In this document: positions 30,820 through 41,401 of the stretch, one piece after another | Layout: every line of letters starts with the position of its first letter | How positions within the stretch are numbered: position 1 is the first letter of the stretch | NCBI GenBank assembly: GCA_963702475.1 | Contig: CAVPCT010000006.1 | Location: 64,001 to 128,000 of the forward strand | Direction of reading: 5' to 3' | DNA length: 64,000 bases | Origin: an uncultured Thermoleophilia bacterium | Lineage (GTDB): Bacteria > Actinomycetota > Thermoleophilia > UBA2241 | Made by a program: the position numbers and the translations under genes | The notes under the pieces: generated by a model | What the model was told of the DNA's origin: nothing | The model's database searches: none | The model's input: the letters and a program-made list of their open reading frames with translations, nothing else

Positions 30820-33800
30820 ATGGCCCGTCCGCACGACATCCGCCTCGCGCTCGACCGCGACTTCGCGGTCCTCTGCCTCGAGTGGGACGGCACGGCCGTG
30901 ACCGACCTGCGTGCTCGTGAGGGAGCCTTGCGCGGCCGGCTCGAGCGTCTCACCGCGCTGGGCGTCGACATCGCCGTCATCAGCGACCGCGCTCTCGGGG
31001 ACGTGGACGAGCGACTCCGCGCGCGCCCCGACGTGGAGGGCCGCCTGTTCCTGTTCCTCTCGCGCGGCTCCGAGGTGTACGTGGTGGGCCCCACAGGTCC
31101 GCGCCTGCTGCAGCGGCGCCAGGCCACGCCTGACGAGGAGCAACGGCTGGACGAGGCCGCCGAGCAGCTGCGTGCCCGGCTCGCCGTCGGCGGTATGAAG
31201 GCGGACGTCGTTCGTCTTCTCAACCGTCGCGAGGTTGACCTGGTCCCGCTCGCCTCGGACCCCTCGCGTGCCGGCGCCCTGGCGATGCGTCAGCACGTCG
31301 AGACCACGCTCGAGCGCGCCGGCGTCCACGGCCTCGCCGAGGCGGTGGAGCTGGCCCGGCTGTACGCCGAGGAGGCGGGTCTTCCCCACGCCCGCGTAGG
31401 CACGGACGTCAAGCACGTGGTGATCGGCCTGACCGACAAGAGCGACGCCGCTCGAGAGGTGCTGCGGGCGCTGGTCGACGACCGCGGCCGCGGGCCCGAG
31501 GACCTCCTCGTCCTCGGTGACGAGCTCGGGCCTGCCGCCGGCCCGGACGCCGGCGACGGGTTCACCCTCGTGCCGGAGCTGCGGCGCGCGGTCGTGGTGT
31601 CCGTCGGGCCCGAAGCGGCCGAAACGCCGCCGGTGCTTGCCCTCGGCGGCGGCCCAGACGAGGTCCTCGCGGTCCTGGACGACCAGATCTCGCGCCGCGA
31701 GAAGGTCGCGCTGCGGCAGTTCCCTGTGCCCAGCGACGACCCCGCCTGGCGCTTCGAGGTCAAGGGCTTCGACCCGTTCCGCGAGCGCGAGGTCGAGACG
31801 TGGCTCACGGTGGCCAACGGCGAGAGCGGCACCCGTGGAGCCGTCGAGGAGGGCTCAGCCGTCAGCACGCCGGCCACCTTGGTCGCCGGCGTGTACGGCG
31901 ACGGCACCGACGACCCGCCGTTCCGCCAGCCGGTACCGGCCCCCGACTGGACCGGCCTGCGGCTCAAGGTGGACGGCCGCCTCATCAACCTCTCCACCGG
32001 CGAGCTGCTCGACCACGAACGCGTTCTCGACATGAACGACGGCGTCGTCTACCGCTACTGGCGGCAGCGCGAGGCGGAGGGGCGCACGCTCTCGGTGCGC
32101 ACGGCGCGGTTCGCCTCGCTGGCCGACCGCCAGGTGCTGGCCACGCGCGCCGAGGCGACGCTGGAGGACTTCGCGGGACGCATCAGCTGGGAGGGCGCCG
32201 TGGGCGTCACGCACGCCGGCGGCCCTACGAAGGAGACCGTGTTCGAACGCCTCGACGGCGCCGGCTTCGTGGCCAGGACCAAAGGGCGCAACGGCGGCGG
32301 CCACGCTCTGGCGCTCACCACGCGGGCGGCGCCCGGCTCGCCCGTCGCGCGGCACATGGAGCACGCGCGCGACGTGATCGGCGGTCGCCTGGCGCCCGGC
32401 GACCCGGCCACGGTGGACCGCCTGGCCGGGCTGGTCGCCAACCGCCTGCGCGCGCCCACGGCCGACGCGGCGCGCCGCGTCCTGGCGCGCGCGGAGGAGC
32501 TCGGCTTCGACGAGCTCCTCGCGCGCCACCGCGCGGCGTGGGCCGAGCGCTGGCGCGACGCCGACCTGCGCATCGAAGGCGACGACTCCGACCAGCAAGC
32601 GCTACGCTTCAGCATCTACCACATGATCAGCACCGCGCACCCTACCAAGGACACCGTCTCGGTGGGCGCCCGCGGGCTGGGAGGCATGTCGTACTTCCTG
32701 CACGTGTTCTGGGACACCGAGATCTTCGTGCTGCCCTTCTTCATCTACTCGCACCCCCAGACGGCGCGGACGCTGCTGACCTACCGCTACCGAAACCTGG
32801 ACGGGGCACGGCAGAAGGCCAGGCACATGGGTCACCGCGGGGCTTTGTACCCGTGGGAGTCGGCGGACAAGGGGGTCGAGACCACGCCCCCCTATGGGTA
32901 CGGCCCCGACGGCGAGATGGTCCCCATCCTCTCCGGGCTCATGGAGCACCACATCTCGGGCGACGTGGCCTGGGGCGCGTGGGAGTACTGGATGGGCACC
33001 GGCGACGACGCCTGGATGGCGTCGATGGGCGTGGAGATCATGCTGGAGACGGCGCGTTTCTGGGCCTCCCGCGCCTCAAGGGGCGACGACGACCGCTACC
33101 ACATCCGCATGGTCGTCGGACCCGACGAGTACCACGAAGGTGTGGACGACAACGCCTACACCAACGTGCTGGCGCGCTGGAACATCGGCAAGGCGGTGGA
33201 GGCGCTGGCCTGGCTCGAGCGCGTGGACTCGCCCTACGCCGCCGAGCTTCGCGAGCGGCTCGACCTGAAGGACACCGAGATCTCCGACTGGCTCGAGGTG
33301 GCCTACGGGCTCATCGACGGCTACGACCCCAGGACGAAGCTGTTCGAGCAGTTCTCGGGCTTCTACCAGATGGACGACGTGCCCATCGAGAAGCTGCGGC
33401 CGCGGCCCATGCCGGCCGACCTCCTTCTGGGGCGCGACGTGACGCTGCAGGCCAAGGTCGTGAAGCAGGCCGACGTCGTGATGCTGTGTCACATCCTCTC
33501 GGACGAGCTCGGCGACGAGATCGCGCGCGCCAACTACGACTACTACGAGCCCATCACGTGCCACGGCAGCTCGCTGAGCCCCGGCATCCACGCCGCCGTC
33601 GCGGCCCGCCTCGGCGACGTGCCTACGGCCGTGGAGGACTTCAAGATGGCGGCCGCCATCGACCTGGCCGACAACATGGGCAACGCGGCGCGCGGCTTGC
33701 ACATGGCCACCATGGGCGGCCTCTGGCAGGCCGCGGTCATGGGCTTCGCGGGTCTGCAGCGCCGCCGCGAAGCCCTGCTCATCGACCCGCACCTGCCGCC

Positions 33801-34011
33801 CGACTGGAAGCGCGTGCGGGTCCCGCTGTGGTTCCGCGGCGCCCGAGCGGAGTTCGACCTCCATCGGACGAAGCATGCCGACCATGTGGGTATCACTGTA
33901 GAGCGGGCGGCCCTCACGGTGCTCCTCGACGGCGAGGAGCGCTCCCTGCCGCCCGGGAAGCATCTGCTCCGCCGCTCGGACGGCGGGCCCTGGGAGGTGG
34001 TCGTGCCGTGA
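30820..34011 (+). CDS. GH65 glycoside phosphorylase (trehalose/kojibiose/maltose type) with an N-terminal HAD-like domain
   Basis: HVFWDTE, YPWES, GPDEYHE, DNAYTN, KQADV, HGSSLS; N-terminal LEWDGT..DKSD..GDE. Confidence 0.9.
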   Translation: MARPHDIRLALDRDFAVLCLEWDGTAVTDLRAREGALRGRLERLTALGVDIAVISDRALGDVDERLRARPDVEGRLFLFLSRGSEVYVVGPTGPRLLQRRQATPDEEQRLDEAAEQLRARLAVGGMKADVVRLLNRREVDLVPLASDPSRAGALAMRQHVETTLERAGVHGLAEAVELARLYAEEAGLPHARVGTDVKHVVIGLTDKSDAAREVLRALVDDRGRGPEDLLVLGDELGPAAGPDAGDGFTLVPELRRAVVVSVGPEAAETPPVLALGGGPDEVLAVLDDQISRREKVALRQFPVPSDDPAWRFEVKGFDPFREREVETWLTVANGESGTRGAVEEGSAVSTPATLVAGVYGDGTDDPPFRQPVPAPDWTGLRLKVDGRLINLSTGELLDHERVLDMNDGVVYRYWRQREAEGRTLSVRTARFASLADRQVLATRAEATLEDFAGRISWEGAVGVTHAGGPTKETVFERLDGAGFVARTKGRNGGGHALALTTRAAPGSPVARHMEHARDVIGGRLAPGDPATVDRLAGLVANRLRAPTADAARRVLARAEELGFDELLARHRAAWAERWRDADLRIEGDDSDQQALRFSIYHMISTAHPTKDTVSVGARGLGGMSYFLHVFWDTEIFVLPFFIYSHPQTARTLLTYRYRNLDGARQKARHMGHRGALYPWESADKGVETTPPYGYGPDGEMVPILSGLMEHHISGDVAWGAWEYWMGTGDDAWMASMGVEIMLETARFWASRASRGDDDRYHIRMVVGPDEYHEGVDDNAYTNVLARWNIGKAVEALAWLERVDSPYAAELRERLDLKDTEISDWLEVAYGLIDGYDPRTKLFEQFSGFYQMDDVPIEKLRPRPMPADLLLGRDVTLQAKVVKQADVVMLCHILSDELGDEIARANYDYYEPITCHGSSLSPGIHAAVAARLGDVPTAVEDFKMAAAIDLADNMGNAARGLHMATMGGLWQAAVMGFAGLQRRREALLIDPHLPPDWKRVRVPLWFRGARAEFDLHRTKHADHVGITVERAALTVLLDGEERSLPPGKHLLRRSDGGPWEVVVP

Positions 34012-34778
34012 CGCTGCTCATCGCCGTCGCCGACCCTCTGGCGGACGCCGAGCTGCTGGCCAGCGCCCGCAACTTCGCGGCGGCCGCGCACTGGCGAGCC
34101 ACGGGTGTGCACGTGCATCGGGCCGGCGAGCCGGAGCTGGGAAGCGCCGACGTGGAGGGGCTTGAGGTGGCGGAGGTGGAGGGCGAGCCGGCCGAGTCGC
34201 TGGCGGGGTTCGTCGACAGCGTCGACGCCCAGGCGCTCGCCCTGGGGCTGCGCACCCGTACCGGACCGGGCATCGGGCGCGTGGCCGAGAGGGTCATCGC
34301 GCATCACGGGCTGCCGCTGTTCCTGGTCAGGCCGGGCATGCGCCCCCTCACCGGCCTGCGTCGTCTCGTGGTCCCGCTGGAGGGCAGCCCGTCGGGTTCG
34401 GCGGCCATGAAGCACGCCGACGACGCCCTGTGCAGACGCGGCCGCGAGATCGTGATGCTGCACGTCGTGACTGGCCACAGGCCGGCTGAGGAGGGCAGCT
34501 TCCCGGCGCCGCGCATCGTCGACCAGGAGCACTACGAGTGGAGCGCCTGGCAGGAGGAGTTCACCATGCGCTTCTCGCAGTGCCCCGAGGGCGGCCGACA
34601 CCGCGTGAGCGTGCGCGTCGGCGACCCGGCCAAGCTCATCGTCAAGGAGAGCATCTCGCTGCAGGCCGAGCTCATCGTGCTGAGCTGGCGCGGCAGTTTC
34701 GACGGCGACCGCGGGGCCGTGGTGAAGGAGCTGCTGGCCGCGGCCCCGTGCCCGCTGCTCATCGTGCCGGCCGGCTGA
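34008..34778 (+). CDS. Universal stress protein (tandem USP domains)
   Basis: LVVPLEGS, LHV, GDPAKLI, APCPLLIVP. Confidence 0.8.
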   Translation: MTLLIAVADPLADAELLASARNFAAAAHWRATGVHVHRAGEPELGSADVEGLEVAEVEGEPAESLAGFVDSVDAQALALGLRTRTGPGIGRVAERVIAHHGLPLFLVRPGMRPLTGLRRLVVPLEGSPSGSAAMKHADDALCRRGREIVMLHVVTGHRPAEEGSFPAPRIVDQEHYEWSAWQEEFTMRFSQCPEGGRHRVSVRVGDPAKLIVKESISLQAELIVLSWRGSFDGDRGAVVKELLAAAPCPLLIVPAG

Positions 34779-34991
34779 GCCGCTGCGCGGCGGCGCCGGC
34801 CGCAGCGGCCGACGTGCCGCCCTTGGCCTGCGGGCACGTCTGCGATCCGCCCGGGGGGCCGGCTCAAGTTCGGCGGCGACTCCGTCGACATCGGGACCGC
34901 TGGTCTAGAATCGCAGTGTCGCAGCGGTCGTGGCGACAGCGTCACACGGGGCCGCCGGCGCAGACGGCCTTCATCGCACGGAGGGGGGAGC

Positions 34992-37919
34992 ATGGCCGCA
35001 GCAACCGAAGCTCCCGGCGCGGGGGCTAAGGGATCCGCCGCGCCGGCCTGGTACGCGCAGTCGCCGGATGACGTCACCGCCGAGCTCGGCGCGAACGTGG
35101 CGTCGGGCCTGACCGCCGCCGAGGCGGCCTCGCGGCTCCAGAAGGACGGCCCCAACGCCCTTCCCGCCGAGAAGGCCAAGCCCGGCTGGCTGCGGTTCGT
35201 GGACGAGTACCGCAGCTACATGCAGATCATCCTGCTCGTCGCCGGCATCTTCTCCATGGTCATCGGCCAGTTCCACACCGGCGTCATGGTGCTGATCCTC
35301 ACCGTGATCAACGCCGTGGTCGGCCTGCGCGAGGAGGGCAAGGCCGAGAGCGCCATGAACGCGCTCAAGTCGATGATGAAAGCCACTGCCCGCGTGAGGC
35401 GCGACGGGGCCGAGGCGCAGATCCCGGCGGAGCAGGTGGTGGCCGGGGACACCGTGCTGCTGGCCGCCGGCGACCAGGTGCCGGCGGACGGTCGCATCGT
35501 CCAGGCCGCGGCCCTGCAGATCGACGAGTCGGCGCTCACCGGTGAGAGCGTGCCGGCCTCCAAGGACGCCCAGACCCTGAGCGGCGCCGGCCTCGGCCCG
35601 GGCGACCAGACCGACATGGCGTTCATGAACACGCCGGTCACGCACGGCAGCGGCGTGATGATCGTCACCGGCACCGGCGCCGACACCGAGGTCGGCAAGA
35701 TCGCCGGGATGCTCTCCGCGACCAAGGTGGAACAGACGCCCCTTACCATCCAGCTCAACCGCATGACCCTGTGGATCGGCGCGGCTGCGCTGTTCACCAT
35801 GATCATCATGTTCGTGCTCGGCCTGCAGCGCGGCCAGGAGTGGAGCGCGCTCTTCGTCACCGCCATCGCTCTGGCCATCGCCGCCATCCCCGAGGCGCTG
35901 CCCACCGTGTCCCAGGTCATCCTCTCCATGGGCGCCATGGACCTCGCGAAGCGCAACGCCATCGTCAAGAACCTCTCGTCGGTGGAGACGCTGGGCTCCA
36001 CATCGGCCATCAACTCCGACAAGACCGGCACGCTCACGATGAACCAGATGACCGTGGTCGAGGTGCTGGACCTCACCGATCGCTGGGAGATCACCGGCAC
36101 CGGCTACAGCCTCGACGGCACCGTGAAGCACTCCGTCGGCGCCTCGCCGTCCATCGACGAGGCGATCCTGCCGTTCCTCATCGCCAACGACGCCAAGCTG
36201 GAGGACGGTAAGGTGGTCGGCGACCCCACCGAGGGCGCCATGCTGGTGCTGGCCCACAAGGCCGGCCTCAGCGTGGACGCCACGCGCGACAAGTACCCGC
36301 GCCTCGCCACGCTGCCGTTCGACCCCACCTACAAGCTCATGGCCACGTTCAACGACACCACCGACGCCGAGGGCAAGAAAGTGGTGCGCTGCTTCGTCAA
36401 GGGCGCGGCCCCGGCCGTCGGCAGCCGTTCCACGTGCGTGGAGGCCGGGGGCCAGTGCGTTCCCGTGGACGACGACCTCAAACAGAAGGCCGCGAACGCT
36501 TCGCAGCGGCTGGGCGGCCAGGGACTGCGCGTCATGGCCGCCGCCTACAAGGACATCGACCCCGTCGAGTTCAAGGCCGACGGCGACCTGCTCGGGTACT
36601 GTACCGAGCTCCACCTGGTCAGCGTCATCGGCATGATCGATCCGCCGCGGGCGGAGTCGGCGGCGGCGGTCAAGAGCGCGCAGGACGCCCACATCCGTGT
36701 GCGCATGGTGACCGGCGACGACGTCGTCACCGGGGCCGCCGTGGCCAAGCAGGTCGGCATCCCGGGTGAGGCCATCCTGGGCGCCGACTTCGCCGCCCTC
36801 AGCGAGGACGAGCGCCTCAAACGCATCGACGACATCGGCGTGGTCGGTCGCGTCGCCCCCGAGCACAAGGTGCTCCTGGCGCAGACGCTCAAGAAGAAGG
36901 GCGACGTGGTCGCCATGACCGGGGACGGCGTCAACGACGCCCCGGCCATCAAGGCCGCCGACATCGGCATCGCCATGGGCACCGGCACCGAGGTGGCCAA
37001 GAACGCCGGCCGCATGATCCTCTCCGACGACAACTTCGCGACCATCGTGTTCGCCGTCGAGCAGGGCCGCAAGCTGTTCGACAACCTCAACAAGTACATC
37101 TCCTTCGTACTCATCACCCTGGCCGCGTTCGTGCTCACGTTCCTCGGGGCGACGATCCTCAACATCATGGCCGGGGAGCCGTTCACGGCCACGCAGATCC
37201 TCTGGATCAACTTCCTCGTGGACGCGCCGCTCGGTGTGGCGCTCGGCTTCGACAAGGAGACGCCGGGGCTCATGCTGCGCCGGCCCCGGCCACGCAACGC
37301 CTCCATCCTCACGCGGCAGATGCTCACCACGGTGGGCCTCACCGGTCTGTTCATGGCCGCGTTCCTGCTCTTCCTGCTGAGCCGCGGCACCGCGCACTAC
37401 GGCGACGCCGTCGTCGGCACGACCATGGCCATGACCGCGTTCGCCGCCTTCCGCATCGTGAGCGCCTTCGAGAGCCGCAGCCCCACCGGCACCGTGATCA
37501 CGGTGGCGACCTTCAACAGCAAGCAGATGAACTACATCGTGCTGTTCGAGATCGTGCTGATGATCCTCGTGGTCGGCTTCGACCTGCTCAACCGCTGGCT
37601 GGGCACCGCCGACATGACGTGGGAGCAGTGGGGGCTCTCGTTGGCTCCGGCGGGGATCCTGTTCGTGCTCTGGGAGGCCGGCAAGGCCATCGCGCGGGTC
37701 GTTGAGAAGAAGGAGGAGGGCGCGCAGGCGGCCGGCCCGGCTTCGCCCGCGGGTCCGGCGGCTGCGTCCGGCCCGGCGGGTTCGTCCGACGCCGCGCGGC
37801 CTGACGCTTCTGCTGCGTCCGACACCGCGCCTTCGCCAGGCACTGCGGCCCCGCTCAAGCCCGCGGGTCCAGCAGCCGCCTCCGGCGCGCAGTCGGCGGG
37901 GGAGGGCACCTCGGCCTGA
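34992..37919 (+). CDS. Cation-transporting P-type ATPase (P2A-like) with a Pro/Ala-rich C-terminal tail
   Basis: TGES, PEALP, DKTGTLT, KGA, DPPR, TGDGVND, QILWIN. Confidence 0.95.
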   Translation: MAAATEAPGAGAKGSAAPAWYAQSPDDVTAELGANVASGLTAAEAASRLQKDGPNALPAEKAKPGWLRFVDEYRSYMQIILLVAGIFSMVIGQFHTGVMVLILTVINAVVGLREEGKAESAMNALKSMMKATARVRRDGAEAQIPAEQVVAGDTVLLAAGDQVPADGRIVQAAALQIDESALTGESVPASKDAQTLSGAGLGPGDQTDMAFMNTPVTHGSGVMIVTGTGADTEVGKIAGMLSATKVEQTPLTIQLNRMTLWIGAAALFTMIIMFVLGLQRGQEWSALFVTAIALAIAAIPEALPTVSQVILSMGAMDLAKRNAIVKNLSSVETLGSTSAINSDKTGTLTMNQMTVVEVLDLTDRWEITGTGYSLDGTVKHSVGASPSIDEAILPFLIANDAKLEDGKVVGDPTEGAMLVLAHKAGLSVDATRDKYPRLATLPFDPTYKLMATFNDTTDAEGKKVVRCFVKGAAPAVGSRSTCVEAGGQCVPVDDDLKQKAANASQRLGGQGLRVMAAAYKDIDPVEFKADGDLLGYCTELHLVSVIGMIDPPRAESAAAVKSAQDAHIRVRMVTGDDVVTGAAVAKQVGIPGEAILGADFAALSEDERLKRIDDIGVVGRVAPEHKVLLAQTLKKKGDVVAMTGDGVNDAPAIKAADIGIAMGTGTEVAKNAGRMILSDDNFATIVFAVEQGRKLFDNLNKYISFVLITLAAFVLTFLGATILNIMAGEPFTATQILWINFLVDAPLGVALGFDKETPGLMLRRPRPRNASILTRQMLTTVGLTGLFMAAFLLFLLSRGTAHYGDAVVGTTMAMTAFAAFRIVSAFESRSPTGTVITVATFNSKQMNYIVLFEIVLMILVVGFDLLNRWLGTADMTWEQWGLSLAPAGILFVLWEAGKAIARVVEKKEEGAQAAGPASPAGPAAASGPAGSSDAARPDASAASDTAPSPGTAAPLKPAGPAAASGAQSAGEGTSA

Positions 37920-37959
37920 GCCGGGATCGCGCGGTCGCCGCGAGCGAAGACGAGGCCGC

Positions 37960-39309
37960 CTAGCGCGGCACGTGGCGAGGCCCGGGGCCGCCTTGGCGGC
38001 CCCGGGCCTCGCCGTCTTCGGCCGCGCCGACGTGCCCGTGCCGCAGCCAGAGCGGAACGACCGGCGCCCAGAGCAGGAACAGCACGCCCAGGACCACGAA
38101 GGTGGCCTGCGGGCCGAGCCAAGGCACCAGCGCCACGGCGGCGACGGCGGCGGCAACGCGGGCCGTGTTGAAGGCGAGATCGATGGCCGTCATCACGCGC
38201 CCGCGATAGCGGTCGGGCACGGCCTGCTGGGCCAGGGTGTCCACGGGAACGCGCGTCCATCCGTAGGACGCCCCCAGCAGGAGTGCGCCTGCCGTCAGAC
38301 TGGCAGCATTGAGGGTGACGAATGCGGCCGGGAACAGCCCCGCAGCCGAGAGCACGAACGCCGCGCCGATCAGCAGTGGGCTCGGCAGGCGGCTGCGCAT
38401 GGCGCCGGCCGTCAGGAACCCCAGGAAGACGCCTACGCCACCGGCCGCCACCAGCCCGGAGAAGGTGATCAGCCCACCGCCGAGTTGCTCCTTGATGACG
38501 ACGAGCGCGGCGGCGATCACCAGCACCTGCAGGAACTGGCCGGCGGCCACCGTGAGGATCGGGGCCAGGGCGGCCGGCGTGCGGCCGATGCGGCGGAAGC
38601 CGTCGCCCAGGTCGGAGACCGTCTCCAGCACCTGACCGGCCAGGCTGCAGACCCGCGGCCGCTCGGGAGGCAGGGGGCCGGAGAGACGCGCCGCCAGCAG
38701 CGCGGCGGCCGCCCACACCAGGCCCGTGAAGACGAGGACGGCTCCCGTCCCGGCGGCGCCCGCCACCAGCCCGCCGGCCAGCATGCCCCCGAAGAGGGCG
38801 ATGGTACCGACCACGGCCGCCACCATGTTCGCGGTGAACAGCAGGCCGTGGCCGGGGTGCGGTCGCGATCCGCCTTCCGCGCCGTGCTCATCCCCATCCG
38901 GCGGCACGACGCGCGGGACCACGGCTCCGGCGGTCGCCGTGAACAGCCGGTTCATGGAGAACACCATGAGGGTCCCGGTGTACACGGCGGCGAGTCCGGC
39001 CACACCGGGCAGCGCGAGAACGGCTGCCCCCGCTCGCAGGAGGGGGAGCCCCACCAGGATCGGGCGGCGAGGGTAGCGGTCGACGAACACCCCTGCGATC
39101 GGCTCGAGAAGCGAGAACGGCAGCAGCGTGAGGACGGTGGCGACGGCGAAGCCGCGCACGGTGCTCTGCGATTCGGGCGAGAACACCACGGTGTTGACGA
39201 CCGCCGCCAGGAAGGCGCCCTCCCCCACCTGGCTGGCGAAGCGGGCCGCGATCAGCACGCGGAAGTCGCGGCCCGCAAGCACGATCCGCAACCGCGTGAG
39301 CTCGTCCAC
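37960..39309 (-). CDS. MFS transporter
   Basis: About 12 hydrophobic segments, GVFVDRYPRR motif A, VPDRYRGRV; GTG 39309 follows AGGAAGG. Confidence 0.85.
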   Translation of the reverse strand: MDELTRLRIVLAGRDFRVLIAARFASQVGEGAFLAAVVNTVVFSPESQSTVRGFAVATVLTLLPFSLLEPIAGVFVDRYPRRPILVGLPLLRAGAAVLALPGVAGLAAVYTGTLMVFSMNRLFTATAGAVVPRVVPPDGDEHGAEGGSRPHPGHGLLFTANMVAAVVGTIALFGGMLAGGLVAGAAGTGAVLVFTGLVWAAAALLAARLSGPLPPERPRVCSLAGQVLETVSDLGDGFRRIGRTPAALAPILTVAAGQFLQVLVIAAALVVIKEQLGGGLITFSGLVAAGGVGVFLGFLTAGAMRSRLPSPLLIGAAFVLSAAGLFPAAFVTLNAASLTAGALLLGASYGWTRVPVDTLAQQAVPDRYRGRVMTAIDLAFNTARVAAAVAAVALVPWLGPQATFVVLGVLFLLWAPVVPLWLRHGHVGAAEDGEARGRQGGPGPRHVPR

Positions 39310-39490
39310 GACCCGCGCGCCTTCCTTCCTCGCCGGCGCCTCCAGTATCCGTGCCGTCTCGTCGTCTGACCAGCGGGACAGGAGGAGCCGGACGTCCTGC
39401 GATGGGCGCCGCGGCAGGACATAGCGGCGCCCGCGCACAGACGGGCCCGGCGTTGCGGGTGCACCCCTCGCGCCAGGCACGCGCAGCCGT

Positions 39491-39958
39491 TCAGGCCTCC
39501 GGCCCGGCCAGTCTCTTGCTCATCGCCCGCGGTCGGCAGATGGTGCCGAGCTGGGGGCAGTCGCGGCAGCCGGCGAGCAGCTGCTCCTGCTCCTCGCCGG
39601 CCTCCACCAGTCCATAGCCCATGCTGAGGTAGAAGCCGGGCGCCCTCGCAGTCACCCACAGTGTGCGGATACCGCGGCGCCGTGCCTCGTCCTCGACGGT
39701 CGCCAGCAGCAGCCGGCCGAGACCGCGGCCGCGGGCGGACTCCGCCACGGCGATCCAGCCGATCACGGGCAGGCCGGCATCCTCGTCGAGCGAGACCACG
39801 CCGACCAGCCGCCGCCCGTCGTAGGCCCCCCAGAGCGCGAGCGGCGGCGCCGGGTGTTCAGAGACCTCGAGGCCGGCGCCGACGGCGAGCTCCCGTGCCG
39901 CGGCGTGGTCGGCGGTCGGGTGCACGCGGATCCCATCTGTGCACGGTCCATGGCTCAC
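39491..39958 (-). CDS. GNAT N-acetyltransferase with a C-terminal CxxC..C motif
   Basis: IAVAESARGRGLGRLL motif A, FYLSMGY, CRDCPQLGTIC. Confidence 0.82.
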   Translation of the reverse strand: MSHGPCTDGIRVHPTADHAAARELAVGAGLEVSEHPAPPLALWGAYDGRRLVGVVSLDEDAGLPVIGWIAVAESARGRGLGRLLLATVEDEARRRGIRTLWVTARAPGFYLSMGYGLVEAGEEQEQLLAGCRDCPQLGTICRPRAMSKRLAGPEA

Positions 39959-40052
39959 GTCCAGGGAGTCTACCTGACGAACAGGGCTCTGGCGCCTGGC
40001 CCACAGGCGTGATGGAGTGTGGTGCGGCAGTGTGGGTGACGGGAGGTGCCGC

Positions 40053-41243
40053 ATGGGTGAGTCCCCGCGTGAGCGGACGGTGGTGAACGAGACGGGCGTG
40101 GCCCGCGTGCTCGTCACCAGGGAGCTGCCCGGGAGCCGTTGGCTCGACGTGCTCGTCAAGGCGGAGTGTCGCGTGGAGATCGTCCAGGGTGACCAAGAGC
40201 GCACCTCCGGTCTGCTTCGCGAGGCCATGGGCGCCCGCTGCGCAGCCGTGATCGGCCAGCTCACCGAGCCGTGGGATCGGTCTCTGCTGGAAGCGCTCAG
40301 GGACGCCGGCGGCAGGATCTACAGCCAGTACGCCGCCGGCTTCGACAACGTGGACGTGCCGGCCGCCACCGCACTGGGACTGCCTGTCGGCACCACACCC
40401 GGGGTGCTCACGGAGACCACCGCGGAGCTGGCCGTCGCCCTGACGTTCGCGGCCGCGCGCCGCATCGCGGAGGGCGACCGCCTCATGCGGGCGGAGGGCT
40501 TCGGTGTCTGGTTGCCGCAGCTCCTGCTCGGCGACCTGTTGTACCGGGGCACCGTGGGCGTCATCGGTGCCGGACGCATCGGCACGGCCTACGCGCGGAT
40601 GATGGCCGAGGGCCACAAGATGGACGTCGTCTACCTCGACCCACACAAGAACGCGGCGCTGGAGAGCTCCCTGTGGGACTACTCGGAGCTGCTCGCGGCA
40701 CGCGGGGAGGCTCGCGTGAGCTGCCGGCGCGCCGGCAGCCTGCACGAGCTGCTGGCCGCGTGCGACGTGGTGAGTCTGCACGCCGGGCTCACGCCCGAGA
40801 CGCGGCACCTCATCGGCGCGCCCGAGCTGGCGGTCATGCGTGATGACGCCGTGCTCGTGAACGCCGCCCGCGGGCCGCTGGTGGACGAAGTCGCGCTGGT
40901 GGAGCACTGTCGCACTCACCCGCGCTTCCGCGCCGGCCTGGACGTCTACGAACACGAGCCGGCGCTCACTCCGGGTCTGGCGGAGCTGGACAGCGTGGTG
41001 CTGTCACCTCATCTGGGGTCGGCCGCGCGGTCCACGCGCGAGGGCATGGCGACCCTGGCGGCGGCCAACGTGCGCGCCGCTCTCAACGGCTGGCCGGTGT
41101 GGCCGGCGGCCGACGACCTGGACGACGTGAGGCCGTTCCTCGCCGGAGCGGTGGATGACATGCCGCAGGCCGCGCCCAGCATCGTCAACGCGGCGGAGCT
41201 GGGACTGCGTCGCCTGCCTCGGGCCTGGGCAGAAGGGGCGTGA
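40053..41243 (+). CDS. D-2-hydroxyacid dehydrogenase; hydroxypyruvate reductase/glycerate dehydrogenase, plant HPR1-like
   Basis: VIGQLTE, TPGVLTETTAELA, GAGRIG, NAARGPLVDE, LDVYEHEP, PHLGSA, TREGMATLAA, PSIVNA; RBS GGAGG precedes ATG 40053. Confidence 0.88.
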   Translation: MGESPRERTVVNETGVARVLVTRELPGSRWLDVLVKAECRVEIVQGDQERTSGLLREAMGARCAAVIGQLTEPWDRSLLEALRDAGGRIYSQYAAGFDNVDVPAATALGLPVGTTPGVLTETTAELAVALTFAAARRIAEGDRLMRAEGFGVWLPQLLLGDLLYRGTVGVIGAGRIGTAYARMMAEGHKMDVVYLDPHKNAALESSLWDYSELLAARGEARVSCRRAGSLHELLAACDVVSLHAGLTPETRHLIGAPELAVMRDDAVLVNAARGPLVDEVALVEHCRTHPRFRAGLDVYEHEPALTPGLAELDSVVLSPHLGSAARSTREGMATLAAANVRAALNGWPVWPAADDLDDVRPFLAGAVDDMPQAAPSIVNAAELGLRRLPRAWAEGA

Positions 41244-41362
41244 CGGCCGGTCCGCGGGACGGACTCCGCCCTGACTTACGTCAACGACTTCCGCGCCGTC
41301 CTCGCCGACGATGACTGACAAAGCCGGGTCTCCCGAGGAGTGACGGGCGACCGGTCGGAGGT

Positions 41363-41401
41363 CCGGCGAGGCCGTGTGGCGCTGCCGCACGGCCTCGCCG
41401 G
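41363..41401. repeat. GC-rich inverted repeat (14-bp perfect stem, extendable)
   Basis: CCGGCGAGGCCGTG (41363-76) and CACGGCCTCGCCGG (41388-401), in the intergenic region. Confidence 0.7.

Noticed and set aside
37700-37919. Repeated GPAAASG-like units in the ATPase tail
   Set aside because: A short, low-complexity Pro/Ala linker; not a repeat array.
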